IMG/VR virus record: IMGVR_UViG_3300019093_001485
Location: 916-64,915 of that record
Length of the DNA stretch: 64,000 nt
Strand: one strand, 5' to 3'
Source of the DNA: a virus
Taxonomy: Duplodnaviria > Caudoviricetes
Position numbers and translations under genes: made by a program. Below, piece after piece: positions 20,138-30,123 of the stretch. A model generated the notes under the pieces. The model made no database searches and was not told where the DNA came from. It saw only the letters and a list, made by a program, of their open reading frames with translations. Numbering within the stretch: position 1 is the first letter of the stretch; each line of letters begins with the position of its first letter.

Positions 20138-20637
20138 GCTCTTATCACCCTAATCATTGCACTGCCCCCGCCATTCAAAAGCGGTGCAAGCATGCGATCA
20201 ACAGCCAGATACTGAGTGTGTCGAGGTGAATTTTCGTCATACACAAACTCAAGTGGCCCAACTTTTTTACTCTTGACACCCTGGGTCAGATCAACAACCA
20301 GCGGGCCAGCAATTGCTTTCAGCGCCAGCTCTGCACAGGCATTCTTTACTTCAACTGGCACGACGTTGCTAGCAAGCCAGTAGTCATTGACTTCAACGTC
20401 ATAGCGCGGCCAGTCAAGTGCCTGGGTGGATTTGGTGGGCTTCCCTTGCCATGCCATGCGATACAACTGCCGCATGAAGTTTGTGGCCTTACGCAGGTTT
20501 TGCTCTCTCAGCGTGTCACTGGCCAGGTTCGCCCAGGCTTGATTGCCCAGGGCAGCGTGATACGCATTTGCCTGGGCAACTGAACAATAGCTCTCGGCAT
20601 CAGCCAGGCCAGTGCCGTCTTCAACTATGAGCGCCAT
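20134..20637 (-). CDS. Head-tail adaptor (DnaT-like ssDNA-binding family)
   Basis: MALIVEDGTGLADAESY...QALDWPR...ACAELA. Confidence 0.85.
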   Translation of the reverse strand: MALIVEDGTGLADAESYCSVAQANAYHAALGNQAWANLASDTLREQNLRKATNFMRQLYRMAWQGKPTKSTQALDWPRYDVEVNDYWLASNVVPVEVKNACAELALKAIAGPLVVDLTQGVKSKKVGPLEFVYDENSPRHTQYLAVDRMLAPLLNGGGSAMIRVIRA

Positions 20638-20639
20638 GG

Positions 20640-21131
20640 TTAGCCAACTGGATTCAGCAATGCCAGCAATTCAGCCTTGTTCGCACCAGAAGGGATTTCA
20701 ATGCCCTTGGCGGTCAGCGCTTCTTTGATCTGCGGAACTGTCATATGGGCGCTGGCATCATCATTTTTAGACGCGAGACTTGCAGCCAGAGCAGACAATC
20801 GCTCACGTTCCGCAGCTTGCTCAGCTTCTACGCTGTTCAGTTTCTCAGCCTGGATATTCAATTCTTCTGCACGAGCATCGAGGCGTGTACGCTCTTCTTC
20901 GATTTCAGCGCGTAACTTTGCAGCTTCAGCATCAAATTCTGAACGCGCCTGTTCGATCGACAGCAGGCCACCTGGAACTATCTCTGCTGTGATTCTTTCA
21001 ACATTACGTAACGCGGCAGCATCTTCTTCGGAGAATGGCTCGTGCTGGCCAATGACGAAATCTGCAACGTTTATTGTGATAAACGGGCCTTGAGTGGCTG
21101 GATCCGTTGATACTATTCGGAGGGTTTTCAT
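20640..21131 (-). CDS. Head-associated protein with C-terminal HeH/LEM motif
   Basis: Coiled coil plus TVPQIKEALTAKGIEIPSGANKAELLALL. Confidence 0.7.
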   Translation of the reverse strand: MKTLRIVSTDPATQGPFITINVADFVIGQHEPFSEEDAAALRNVERITAEIVPGGLLSIEQARSEFDAEAAKLRAEIEEERTRLDARAEELNIQAEKLNSVEAEQAAERERLSALAASLASKNDDASAHMTVPQIKEALTAKGIEIPSGANKAELLALLNPVG

Positions 21132-21181
21132 ATTGTCCCTTAGTTAAGAAAGCGGGGCCTAAGCCCCGCTTCTTTAGTTGA

Positions 21182-22513
21182 TTAACCCAGCAGGATGCCG
21201 ATGTGCTCATCCTTTGCCGCGCCGCAGCCCCAGACCAGCGCGACTTCCAATTGAACTTGGCGGTATTGCATGTACATGCTTATCTCGAACGACAAGCCAG
21301 AGATCGGATCGGTAACAATGGTGCGATCAACAGCAGAATCGCCTTGTTGTGGCAGCGCTGGTACACGAGTAGCCAACATGATCGCAGAGCGAGCAAAGAA
21401 CATATTGCGAAACCCTGTACTTGCGATCGTAATGGCTGTTGCAGATGCAGGAATCGCCTGCAACAAGCCAGGCGCTGCCAGGGTGATGGTGCCCCCGTTC
21501 GAAACATCTGTGTCACCTACAGAAACAACATATTGGTTCGGATCACCAGCGAAAGTTGCAACGTCGCCAGCCAAAATAGTGCCAGTGCCAGCAGCTGCCA
21601 GTGTAATCACTGTGGTCCCTACAGCATAACCAGCAGCGTTAGTAGTAGCACCAGCTCCAGTACCCTTTGTAGGGCGCTTGATCTGACCACTCTGGCGCAA
21701 AGCCAAGTTTTGCAGACGGTCAGTTATGCCGTTGCGCAGCATATCTTCACGGCCTGCCTCGTTCACCTTGAACAAACCAGACTGCTTAGCACGCATATTC
21801 TGCATGGCTGCGCTACCAAGTACTAACTGGAAGTCGAGCCCTTGGGCCCCGTTGTCTTCCAGGATTCGCAGGGCGCCGGCAGTGTCGCTCAAGTCATTGG
21901 CTGTGCCGAACGGGGCAGTCCCTGCAGTACCGCAAGCTCGTGATGCTTTTACGTGCAATGCGGCCAAGTCGCTTTCAACTTCGTTGCACAAAGTACGCAT
22001 CGCCTGGGCAATCTGGTCACGGAGGATGACGTTGTAACTTGCCCCGTTGTTATCCAATGCAAGTTTTTCTTCGCCGTTCCAACGGATCGGCACACGACGT
22101 GCCTTAGTCAACTTTACAGACTTGTTGCCAATGTTTTGGTTGCCATCGTCTGGAGGCGTAACGGCAGGCGTAATATCGGTGGCCGTTGCTTGAGGCGCGA
22201 CTGGCGATGTAACGTCCTGTCCGACTGCAGCGCGGGCAAACGTCATATCAGATGTAACCGCCGGGATCATCCCCACTTGTTCACGCGAGACAACATCCAT
22301 CGCGTTATAGATGGTAGTGATGAGGCCAGTCAGTGTATTTCCGCCCAGAACCAAGCCTTGCTTTGCCATTGTATTAAACAAATGCGCGTGCAGAACTTCG
22401 CCTGCGACACGCGTGGCAAAAACCACTTTATCCGCGGTTGTAGCTGCTACAGAAGCTGCCGAAGTAAATGCCATGGTTGCCAACACCATGACGTGAGTCA
22501 GGAGTTTTTTCAT
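21182..22513 (-). CDS. Major capsid protein (P22 coat-like family)
   Basis: NTLTGLITTIYNAMDVVSRE..., follows scaffold; start at ATG 22513 with AAGG RBS. Confidence 0.9.
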   Translation of the reverse strand: MKKLLTHVMVLATMAFTSAASVAATTADKVVFATRVAGEVLHAHLFNTMAKQGLVLGGNTLTGLITTIYNAMDVVSREQVGMIPAVTSDMTFARAAVGQDVTSPVAPQATATDITPAVTPPDDGNQNIGNKSVKLTKARRVPIRWNGEEKLALDNNGASYNVILRDQIAQAMRTLCNEVESDLAALHVKASRACGTAGTAPFGTANDLSDTAGALRILEDNGAQGLDFQLVLGSAAMQNMRAKQSGLFKVNEAGREDMLRNGITDRLQNLALRQSGQIKRPTKGTGAGATTNAAGYAVGTTVITLAAAGTGTILAGDVATFAGDPNQYVVSVGDTDVSNGGTITLAAPGLLQAIPASATAITIASTGFRNMFFARSAIMLATRVPALPQQGDSAVDRTIVTDPISGLSFEISMYMQYRQVQLEVALVWGCGAAKDEHIGILLG

Positions 22514-22658
22514 ATAGATACCTTTGTTAAAAATTGGTGTTTTGGAATTTGTGTTACAGACAGGCCATCCAGCCCAAAGCACCAACACCCATCCAGGCGG
22601 TGGCAACAGATACGAAAAAGCCCACAATAAGCAGGCTTGGTTGTGTTACTAAATTCAA

Positions 22659-23456
22659 TCAATCGACAATGACCGCGCCTTCTTTCAATGCACCTGAGCG
22701 TGCTGACGGGTCCATGCTGTCGAATTGCGAGCGGGGAATTTCTTTTTTTCCACCAGTGCCGGTACCGCCACCTTGTGCGCCGCTGCCAGATGCACCGCTA
22801 CCTTTAAGGATCATGTTCCTATTTGGGTATTGATTCACCATTACCTGGAGTGCCTCTTCAAAGTCGGCATGTTCCCCATGGCGTGTAGCAGAGAAAATCG
22901 GATTACCTGCTGGGTCCAGTGGAACCAGCTTGCCATCATCGACCTTGAAGCGATCACCAAATACTTTTTGAGCAATATCAGCTGGAATAGCCAGCTTGTC
23001 GGCAATGAATTTGGAACTACTGAAACTGCCGCCAATGATGTGATTATTCAGATTCTGGGTGAGTTTTTCGTTTTTTTCTGTAAGTTCGCGTTGCTTTTCT
23101 TCTGCGGTACGAGTGGCATTTGCCACTTGCTCTTGCGCTGTCCGAGTCGCAGCGTCCTTGATTTCTTGGACTTTACCAGCAGTGACCAAATCACCATCCT
23201 TGATGTTTTTTGCCAGCTTGATGGCATCAGCAGCAGCGAGAGGATCTTCGATTCCTGCGTCCTTGAACGGTTTCAGCGCTGCTTCTGCGGCTTCCTTTGC
23301 AACACGGTGCGCCTTAGCTTCTCCGTTCAGGCGACTGATTGTCGCGACTGTGGAATCTGCATCGAACGGGGCCTCTGCACCATCCGCATTGATATAAATA
23401 GGTTTTTTGTCGGCATCCAAGGCGATATTGCCGTCAGCGTTGTATTTGAATGGCAT
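22659..23456 (-). CDS. Capsid scaffolding protein (DUF6651-like)
   Basis: ISRLNGEAKAHR, helical body, Gly-rich linker GASGSGAQGGG; directly upstream of capsid. Confidence 0.82.
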   Translation of the reverse strand: MPFKYNADGNIALDADKKPIYINADGAEAPFDADSTVATISRLNGEAKAHRVAKEAAEAALKPFKDAGIEDPLAAADAIKLAKNIKDGDLVTAGKVQEIKDAATRTAQEQVANATRTAEEKQRELTEKNEKLTQNLNNHIIGGSFSSSKFIADKLAIPADIAQKVFGDRFKVDDGKLVPLDPAGNPIFSATRHGEHADFEEALQVMVNQYPNRNMILKGSGASGSGAQGGGTGTGGKKEIPRSQFDSMDPSARSGALKEGAVIVD

Positions 23457-23567
23457 GGTAGTTCTTTCCGGGCATCCGCCCAATGATGAGCCGCCTGGCT
23501 CGTTCCGCCCTCTGCAATCCTGCTTTGGGCAATAAAAAAGCCGACTGTTTAGGTCGGCTTGGTGATA

Positions 23568-23972
23568 CTAAATTCCCATTCGCTGCAGCAGTCGCTCGGA
23601 CCGCAGCACATCGTCGGGGTGCTTTGAAAGCTTTCTGATTGCTACGGCCAGATGAAACCCGCAACCTTGTGCGGCGGCATAGTCGTCAGCCTCGAATTCC
23701 TGGTGTAGCCGCATGGTCTGGCTTGGCGTCATGAAAACGAACCTACACAAGAGATTCTTCCAGACGTGCAAGTAACGCAGATGCCCGCGCTCATGAGCCT
23801 TGACAGCCTCAAGTTCAGATTCTGTCAGTACTTGCGCCAACCAAGACGGAACCATGATCACGATTCCATTACAACATGGTTGTGCAGGTCTCAATATGAC
23901 ACCACTCAGCAGCACCATCAAAACATTGAAACCGATCCACGCGCCCCATAAATACAGTATATAAAAAGCCAT
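23568..23972 (-). CDS. Small membrane zinc metalloprotease (M48/M56-like)
   Basis: N-terminal TM; ELEAVKAHERGH (HExxH) and EFEADDYA. Confidence 0.75.
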   Translation of the reverse strand: MAFYILYLWGAWIGFNVLMVLLSGVILRPAQPCCNGIVIMVPSWLAQVLTESELEAVKAHERGHLRYLHVWKNLLCRFVFMTPSQTMRLHQEFEADDYAAAQGCGFHLAVAIRKLSKHPDDVLRSERLLQRMGI

Positions 23973-24023
23973 CTTCGCTTCCGTTCGGCAATAAAAAAAC
24001 CCGCAAAGAGCGGGTTTCGTTTT

Positions 24024-24284
24024 CTATTCAACTGGCTTTAGTTCGGGCAGCATCGAGACAATTATGCCTCGTCGCCAACACTCAGAGCATACATCTTTGT
24101 GGATCACGGTACCGCCCTGCTTCCTACCCTTCAGCACAAATGCTCCGTTGACCGTGGTCAAACTGGTCTGGCACCCGCAATTCGGACACTTCAGCCCGCC
24201 ATCAGGCCGCACCATTTTGCGTACCCGCTGGCGTACCCCGGCTTTACCGGTTGGCTCTTGAGAGTGGACGAGTTTAATTGACAT
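24024..24284 (-). CDS. Zinc-finger hypothetical protein
   Basis: CPNC and CSEC pairs. Confidence 0.65.
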   Translation of the reverse strand: MSIKLVHSQEPTGKAGVRQRVRKMVRPDGGLKCPNCGCQTSLTTVNGAFVLKGRKQGGTVIHKDVCSECWRRGIIVSMLPELKPVE

Positions 24285-24298
24285 CAGGCCATTTTAGC

Positions 24299-25384
24299 TT
24301 AAATGCCGTACTTTTCCTTCAGTTGGGAGAGATCAAGAAACTCACCCTTTGCCGAATACATCTGATCAGCTGAAAGCTTGCCCTCTCGCAGTAACTTGCC
24401 CCTCGTTGGTCCGAGTACTTCATCCTGCCTTGCTGCAGACTGCCTCGTTAGCCATTCGTTATATGTCTGATTGGCAGGTACTTGCCCATCAAGACTTGCC
24501 CGTGTGCCAGGTGGAAACAGGCTTTCATCGATTCCCATGCCAAGCAGTTCTTGAAAACTCTTTACCATGGGAGCAGCAGAACTGCGGCAGTTCCAGTGAA
24601 ATGCACCTGGGCCAGCACCCCATGGCAACTTGTGCCCGATTGGCTTCCGGTCGGTAGTCCAAAGCTTATGATCACGTATCCGGCATGCCGAAGTCGTGCG
24701 CAAATCCAATTTTGCCGACCAGAGCAACCCCTTTAACACGTCTGCATTTGCGTCATGGACTTGCCGCTGAGTGAAGGCAGCAATGTGACTTATCGCAGTC
24801 TGCACTATCGTTTGCAAGCTCCTGCGGTCGATTTCAAGCAGTCCATCAGCGTACTTGAGTGCCCTGGTACCGCGTATCTGCCGCACAATCTCAGAGTTCG
24901 TCTTACCTTCTACAAAGCCCTGCGCGATTGCCTGACGGATTCGTTTGGCTTTGGTTGCTTCCAAATCGTCCAGCGCACCTTTGAGGATTAGTCCCTGGAA
25001 AGGTCTGGCGAGAGCTGCCGCATACACCTGATCGGGTGATACATCGGCGACATTGAACTGCACTGGCAGCACTTCCTGCAGGGTCATCTGCTGGTATGAC
25101 GCCTCGAATCTGACGAAATCACGCAACTCATCCCTCAGATCTGCTTGAACCTGGGCGTATGCTTGCGCATTGAGTCCGCGCACACTGCCAAGCATGGCCT
25201 CAAGCCGCTGTATTGTGAAAGATTCCGGGTCTAGCCGTTCAAGTGCATCCGATAGCTCCTTAAACAAGGCATCATCAGACAGATTCAGCACCTTCATCAT
25301 CCGGCGCACGACGCTGTTTGTGTACTTCTGGAGCTCTATCTGGTGCCTGATCGCTGCATCGAGCAGATCATCATTTGCTGCCAT
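24299..25384 (-). CDS. Minor head morphogenesis protein (MuF / SPP1 gp7-like)
   Basis: LDLRTTSACRIRD, HWNCRS; downstream of portal. Confidence 0.9.
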   Translation of the reverse strand: MAANDDLLDAAIRHQIELQKYTNSVVRRMMKVLNLSDDALFKELSDALERLDPESFTIQRLEAMLGSVRGLNAQAYAQVQADLRDELRDFVRFEASYQQMTLQEVLPVQFNVADVSPDQVYAAALARPFQGLILKGALDDLEATKAKRIRQAIAQGFVEGKTNSEIVRQIRGTRALKYADGLLEIDRRSLQTIVQTAISHIAAFTQRQVHDANADVLKGLLWSAKLDLRTTSACRIRDHKLWTTDRKPIGHKLPWGAGPGAFHWNCRSSAAPMVKSFQELLGMGIDESLFPPGTRASLDGQVPANQTYNEWLTRQSAARQDEVLGPTRGKLLREGKLSADQMYSAKGEFLDLSQLKEKYGI

Positions 25385-26766
25385 TACACAACACCAAGCG
25401 CAGGCCCCTGGGCTGCGATCAGATCCTCCTCGGTTGCGCTGTCGAACTCAGGCGAAAGAATACCCCGGCGTTTATACTCGCCATGAAGGGTCTGGCGTGA
25501 CAAATCACCTGATTGCTTCATTTTCAGCAGCAACTCGGCACTAGCCTCTGCCAGCGTGGCCGCGCCAAAGTCATCATAAATCTCAACGTGACCGCCCTGC
25601 TGCTCTCCCACCCACATGGCCATGAACTGCAACGCCTGGTCGATACCGTCTTCCAGATCGCCAACGATACGCTGCAGAGCGCATGCACCCTGCTCATTGT
25701 CGGCCAAGGTCTGGCTTTCGGTAATGTTGCCAGGCTTGATCACCAGCAGTTCTGCGCCTGCCTGGCGCATCTGATCTTCCAAGTCCAGCAGTGACTTACG
25801 GCCAGCCTCGATCGCAGCGCCTGTATGTTCGACAAACTTCAATTCGGAGTCCAAGGGCAATTTCACAGCAGCAGCTGCGCCGACTGTCAGTGTCCAATTC
25901 TCGTCCTGAATCCCAGTGACCGATAGAATCGGCACCCTGGCAACGTGCAAGATCGTGTCTTGATCGCTCTGACTCTGCCAGTGCTTCACGTTCATGTGCG
26001 CCATCTCCAGCAGCGGCGGTGCGGCCTTCATAAAGCCTTCACGCTTGCCATAAACTGCAACAAATGGGATGACCGTCAATGAGGTAGTGCCCTCCTCAAA
26101 CAATGCCCACTCATCTTTAGCCGTCGGCGCTGTTGATTTACGCCAAGTCTGCCATCTTCCTGGCATCAAAACTCGAACCTGCTCAATCTCTTTTTCACCG
26201 AACTCACCGTCATCTTCAACGATGCATTCCAGGATACGCAGTTGCGTGAGCACTTCAGCGCCATTCACTTGCTTTGAACGCCAGCCTACCAACTGCTGGG
26301 GGCGGATGTGAACAAAATAGGGTCTGACACCTGCAGCAGCTTCCTCCGCCTGTGTTGGGTACAGCAAATTACCATCCGCGTCTTTGGTGGGTGGATAGTC
26401 CACCAGGATGCCACTAAAACCATATCCCAATGCTTCCTGACCGATAGCGGCAGCAAACGTGTGCAAGTTGCGACCTTGAAGATCGATATTTTCAGTCCAC
26501 TTCTTCAAGCGCTCTGGAACGTCTTCGCCAATCGTTATAGGCTTCGAGAAAGGCTTACTGGCCAGTACTTCAATCGTTCGCTGAAAAGCTGGGAACAACG
26601 TGGCTACACTCAACCTGGCTTCATAGCTCTTTTCTTGCTCACTCGGCCAGCGTGGCATCAGGTCCTTTTTCTTACGCATGGCAGTGGTGCCACCGATCAA
26701 GGCGGCAATCAGCGGCCAGTTCTCGGCCATGGCTGACACCGCGCTTGATTGTGTTCTTACTGTCAT
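25384..26766 (-). CDS. Portal protein (DUF4055 family)
   Basis: YEARL..ATLFP, HWQSQSDQDTILHVARVP; follows TerL. Confidence 0.9.
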   Translation of the reverse strand: MTVRTQSSAVSAMAENWPLIAALIGGTTAMRKKKDLMPRWPSEQEKSYEARLSVATLFPAFQRTIEVLASKPFSKPITIGEDVPERLKKWTENIDLQGRNLHTFAAAIGQEALGYGFSGILVDYPPTKDADGNLLYPTQAEEAAAGVRPYFVHIRPQQLVGWRSKQVNGAEVLTQLRILECIVEDDGEFGEKEIEQVRVLMPGRWQTWRKSTAPTAKDEWALFEEGTTSLTVIPFVAVYGKREGFMKAAPPLLEMAHMNVKHWQSQSDQDTILHVARVPILSVTGIQDENWTLTVGAAAAVKLPLDSELKFVEHTGAAIEAGRKSLLDLEDQMRQAGAELLVIKPGNITESQTLADNEQGACALQRIVGDLEDGIDQALQFMAMWVGEQQGGHVEIYDDFGAATLAEASAELLLKMKQSGDLSRQTLHGEYKRRGILSPEFDSATEEDLIAAQGPALGVV

Positions 26767-26770
26767 ATTT

Positions 26771-28096
26771 TTACATTCTCAATGGTTCTACAGAGGCAAC
26801 ACGCTTCGTAATTGGATAACGTTTGACGATGAAATATCCGCCACTGTCATTGGTGTGATCGAATCCACCCTTCTTGTCTGGCTCACCCTTGTCGTCATAT
26901 ATCTGGCGTTCCAGGCAAAGAGTGAATTTAGGGCATTTGTTCGTATTGACAAGCAATCGCCGCTCTCCGTAGGTGTTACAGAGCATCGCATTCATACTAT
27001 TAATGCGGTCCTTTACAGCGGGATTCGTGGAATCAACCACCACTGTAAATCCTGCTTTTCGCAGCAAAGACAAATCTGATTCACTTGCATTACTGGTCTT
27101 GCGGTTCTGACCAGAAGCATCCGGATAGACAGATATCGTATGCCCAGGGTACCGTTCCTTGATTTTTTCAATCATTGCTGGCGTGTCAAAAACTTCCACA
27201 ATCTCATCCACCGCACGCGGCAGATCAGAACGCATCACAAACACAACTGCCGCCATCTTGCCGACGTTGAAGTCCATACCTAAATGCAAAGCATCAGCAG
27301 CAATGCCCGGCTTAGCTGGCTGCACCGTATCATCGGTATGGTTCTGCCTGCGGTCAAAGCAGTAGTAAATTACCCCTTGGTAGTTCTCGAAACTGGCCAG
27401 GTATTCCTGCCGGAACGTGCGCGGGTCCATCTTCCGCCGCGCTGCTTCTATCTCTTCCGCCGGGACATTGCCACCGTCAACTGACGTGTATAGCCAGCTT
27501 TTATGGTCAGGCTCTTTGCCCTGTCCGTCTAAGTAGCTGTCATAGCAATGGTTGAAACCCTTGGGCGTTCCAATGCGCAGAGCATGGCCACCTACCCTTT
27601 GCTCAGCATTGACAATGAACTTGCAAGTCGAGAGCATGGGACGCAGTACTTCTTCCCATGCCTCATACGGACAATCTGCCCATTCGTCCACTAGGGCGAA
27701 AAACAAACCTGAGCCACGCAGATTGTCATAAGCATCCAGGCCGACAATGCGCACCACATGCCCAGCCTTGGTGGTAATTGAGCATTCTGTCTCGTTCGGC
27801 TTTGTCGCACGCCAACTGACAGGTATAGCCTGCTTCAGGCGTCGCCAGAAAACACGCTTTGCCTGCTTGAACGTCGGCGCGCAGTACCATATTTCGTCTT
27901 CAACACTGACATTCCACTGCGCTGCATACCGCACCGCTCGCCGTATCTCGGCTTTGCCCAGAAATGTCTTGCCGAAGCGTCGACCGCATACAGCATCGCG
28001 AAATCGCGCCTTTTTCTGCCAACCCCAGACATAAATGTTCGCCTGCTTTGGCGTCAGCTCAATAGGTGGATCAGAGTATGGGATTGTCTGGGACAT
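26771..28096 (-). CDS. terL: Terminase large subunit
   Basis: Walker A CGRRFGKT, Walker B ALVDE, GTPKG, FRQEY, GMDFN nuclease, DHTNDSGGY. Confidence 0.96.
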   Translation of the reverse strand: MSQTIPYSDPPIELTPKQANIYVWGWQKKARFRDAVCGRRFGKTFLGKAEIRRAVRYAAQWNVSVEDEIWYCAPTFKQAKRVFWRRLKQAIPVSWRATKPNETECSITTKAGHVVRIVGLDAYDNLRGSGLFFALVDEWADCPYEAWEEVLRPMLSTCKFIVNAEQRVGGHALRIGTPKGFNHCYDSYLDGQGKEPDHKSWLYTSVDGGNVPAEEIEAARRKMDPRTFRQEYLASFENYQGVIYYCFDRRQNHTDDTVQPAKPGIAADALHLGMDFNVGKMAAVVFVMRSDLPRAVDEIVEVFDTPAMIEKIKERYPGHTISVYPDASGQNRKTSNASESDLSLLRKAGFTVVVDSTNPAVKDRINSMNAMLCNTYGERRLLVNTNKCPKFTLCLERQIYDDKGEPDKKGGFDHTNDSGGYFIVKRYPITKRVASVEPLRM

Positions 28097-28547
28097 CTTC
28101 GTCAGGTTTCAGGACATATTCCGGTGCAGCTGGAATGCCGGGAGCGTCTGCACCTGGTGTTTTGTTCGTATCGAGGCGTCGGTTCACGTACACGTCTCCG
28201 ACTTCCTTTGCAGCTTGCTCAATTACCTGGACAGCAAGGGCAATGTTGCGCATGCCTTCTGCCTGCTGTGCCATTCGCGCCAATGCACGCAAACGAAAGG
28301 CTCGGCTCGCAATTGGGATCTCTGCGACCTCTTCACGAAACTTTTTGCGTGTATCCTCGAAAACCGTTCGCCACTTTTGGCTTAAACGCCTTCCTACAAA
28401 GCAATTTGGGTCATACGCAGCCACCTGCTGGCGCATCACATCGAGCCCGAATTCCTCTTTTACTGCTTTCGCCACCTGTGTTGGCGTATCGAAACATGCC
28501 AGCGCTTGGACGATGAACAGCTTCACCTCGTCACGTAGTGCTGCCAT
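28071..28547 (-). CDS. terS: Terminase small subunit (DUF2280)
   Basis: FIVQALACFDTP..V...VKEEFG; overlaps terL start. Confidence 0.85.
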   Translation of the reverse strand: MAALRDEVKLFIVQALACFDTPTQVAKAVKEEFGLDVMRQQVAAYDPNCFVGRRLSQKWRTVFEDTRKKFREEVAEIPIASRAFRLRALARMAQQAEGMRNIALAVQVIEQAAKEVGDVYVNRRLDTNKTPGADAPGIPAAPEYVLKPDEDVPDNPIL

Positions 28548-28578
28548 ATGTTGCTATCCTGTAAAAGCCGAGTAAAGC

Positions 28579-29223
28579 TTATGCGGCTCTAAGCAAACAC
28601 GTTCCGCATGCCCTCGCAATGTTGGTTTTCGCCACTTCTGGTGATGTCTTGGCGGCGTCAATCATCTTTGCCACATCCTTTGACGGGCCGTAGCGTCTGA
28701 CCACCCCTACAAACTCCTCCACGTCATGAGCGCGCATTGAAAGCTTTGGCTGTCCATCCTTGGCGAATACAGGCTGGCCGAATTCGTCGAGTGTCTGCCC
28801 TATGTGGTAAAGCTCATGGTCAACCAATGCGCAGAAGTCTATGTCTGAGCATTGAGCACAGTGACTTGCATCCAGAGTTATCAAGAAATCCGGCACCATG
28901 CCGAACCAGTCGCGCATCTGCTGCTCTTGCCTACCCTTCTGCCATGGTCCACAGCGAAACGTTAGGTCTTCGCATTGACCAAGCACTGTTCGCCCATGCT
29001 TGTTGAATCCCGCTGCAGCCCACAAGAACGCTACCTCGGCAAACTGTAGATGCGCGTGGTCAACATTGAACAGCGCACCGCCTTCATTGATGATTTGCTC
29101 GAAGGCCCATGTTTTGACTTCAGGCGCCGGCACAAACTGGTGCTGTGCCATCGGCTCAAATAGGGAACTCGGCGGCATTGGCCTGGACAATCCAGAGACA
29201 ATTCTTGATTTGCGTACCATCAC
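28579..29223 (-). CDS. Phage putative metallopeptidase
   Basis: ALVDHELYH and HDVEEFVGVVRRYG. Confidence 0.85.
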   Translation of the reverse strand: MMVRKSRIVSGLSRPMPPSSLFEPMAQHQFVPAPEVKTWAFEQIINEGGALFNVDHAHLQFAEVAFLWAAAGFNKHGRTVLGQCEDLTFRCGPWQKGRQEQQMRDWFGMVPDFLITLDASHCAQCSDIDFCALVDHELYHIGQTLDEFGQPVFAKDGQPKLSMRAHDVEEFVGVVRRYGPSKDVAKMIDAAKTSPEVAKTNIARACGTCLLRAA

Positions 29224-29240
29224 TGAAACAACCGGGCTAT

Positions 29241-29522
29241 TTAAGCTGGATCGTACGTTGAATTGAAGATGTCAATCTTGCATGGGTAGATTTCGCCATC
29301 AATCTGGGTAATCAGCATATCTTCGCGATTAAACCGAACGCTACCTTGATGTGTTGGGACGATGTAGCAGTTGTCATTCTCGTGAGTTATTGGGTGTCCT
29401 TGGTAATTAAACGACCAAGGCATCCCGTTGATAATACTCGCACCAGACGTTATGCCATGCTGTACCAGTTCATCGAATGTGATAGCTTCAATGACCACAG
29501 GTTTTTTGCGAAACTTTGCCAT
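29241..29522 (-). CDS. Conserved phage protein
   Basis: KFRKKPVVIEA...GEIYPCKIDIF..TY family. Confidence 0.8.
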   Translation of the reverse strand: MAKFRKKPVVIEAITFDELVQHGITSGASIINGMPWSFNYQGHPITHENDNCYIVPTHQGSVRFNREDMLITQIDGEIYPCKIDIFNSTYDPA

Positions 29523-29539
29523 TTCTGTTCCTTAAACGA

Positions 29540-29782
29540 TTATGACTCGACTGTCAGTGACACTGGCGGCATCGTGCCACCTATCACCCACAGTGCTATT
29601 GCCTGGCCTTGATTCAAGAGTGCCAGCTCTTCAGCGGTTGGCTTCCAGAAGCTTACAACTGCGGGCTGGCCATCCACTTCCGTGCGCGTAATCGGCAGCG
29701 CTGAGCATGGCAGTACTTTCTGATCCCAGCCTGCTGGTGCGCCGAGAACACCGTTATTTGACGGATGTTGTAATCGATTCAT
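29540..29782 (-). CDS. Conserved phage protein
   Basis: LGAPAGWD...CSALP...SFWKPTAEEL..LNQG. Confidence 0.75.
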   Translation of the reverse strand: MNRLQHPSNNGVLGAPAGWDQKVLPCSALPITRTEVDGQPAVVSFWKPTAEELALLNQGQAIALWVIGGTMPPVSLTVES

Positions 29783-29961
29783 GATTGGTTCGTAAAGTCA
29801 GCCAGGAAGGCATTGATGGTCAGATGATTCTCGCCTTCCTCTGCGTCAAATACACGCAGTCTTGGCAATTCACTTCCAGAGGTTTCATTATCAAGCGCAA
29901 CCTTGTGCTCTACGCACAATGCCTCAAGCGCGATAAGGAATGAATCAAACTTGGTCGACAT
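29779..29961 (-). CDS. Hypothetical protein
   Basis: ATGA coupling to next gene; start chosen at ATG 29961. Confidence 0.45.
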   Translation of the reverse strand: MSTKFDSFLIALEALCVEHKVALDNETSGSELPRLRVFDAEEGENHLTINAFLADFTNQS

Positions 29962-30123
29962 ATTTTCTTTCGCCCATTCGATAAACTCATTTACTGGCAC
30001 TCCCCGCACCTGGTTGAGTTCCCTTTCGAGCGGAGTCGCCAGGCCTTTGTTCGTGAGTGTCTGTGCCTGTAACCCGCCAATAAGAGGCACTCTGGCGTCC
30101 GGCGAGCATTCTGTTTGATGTCT

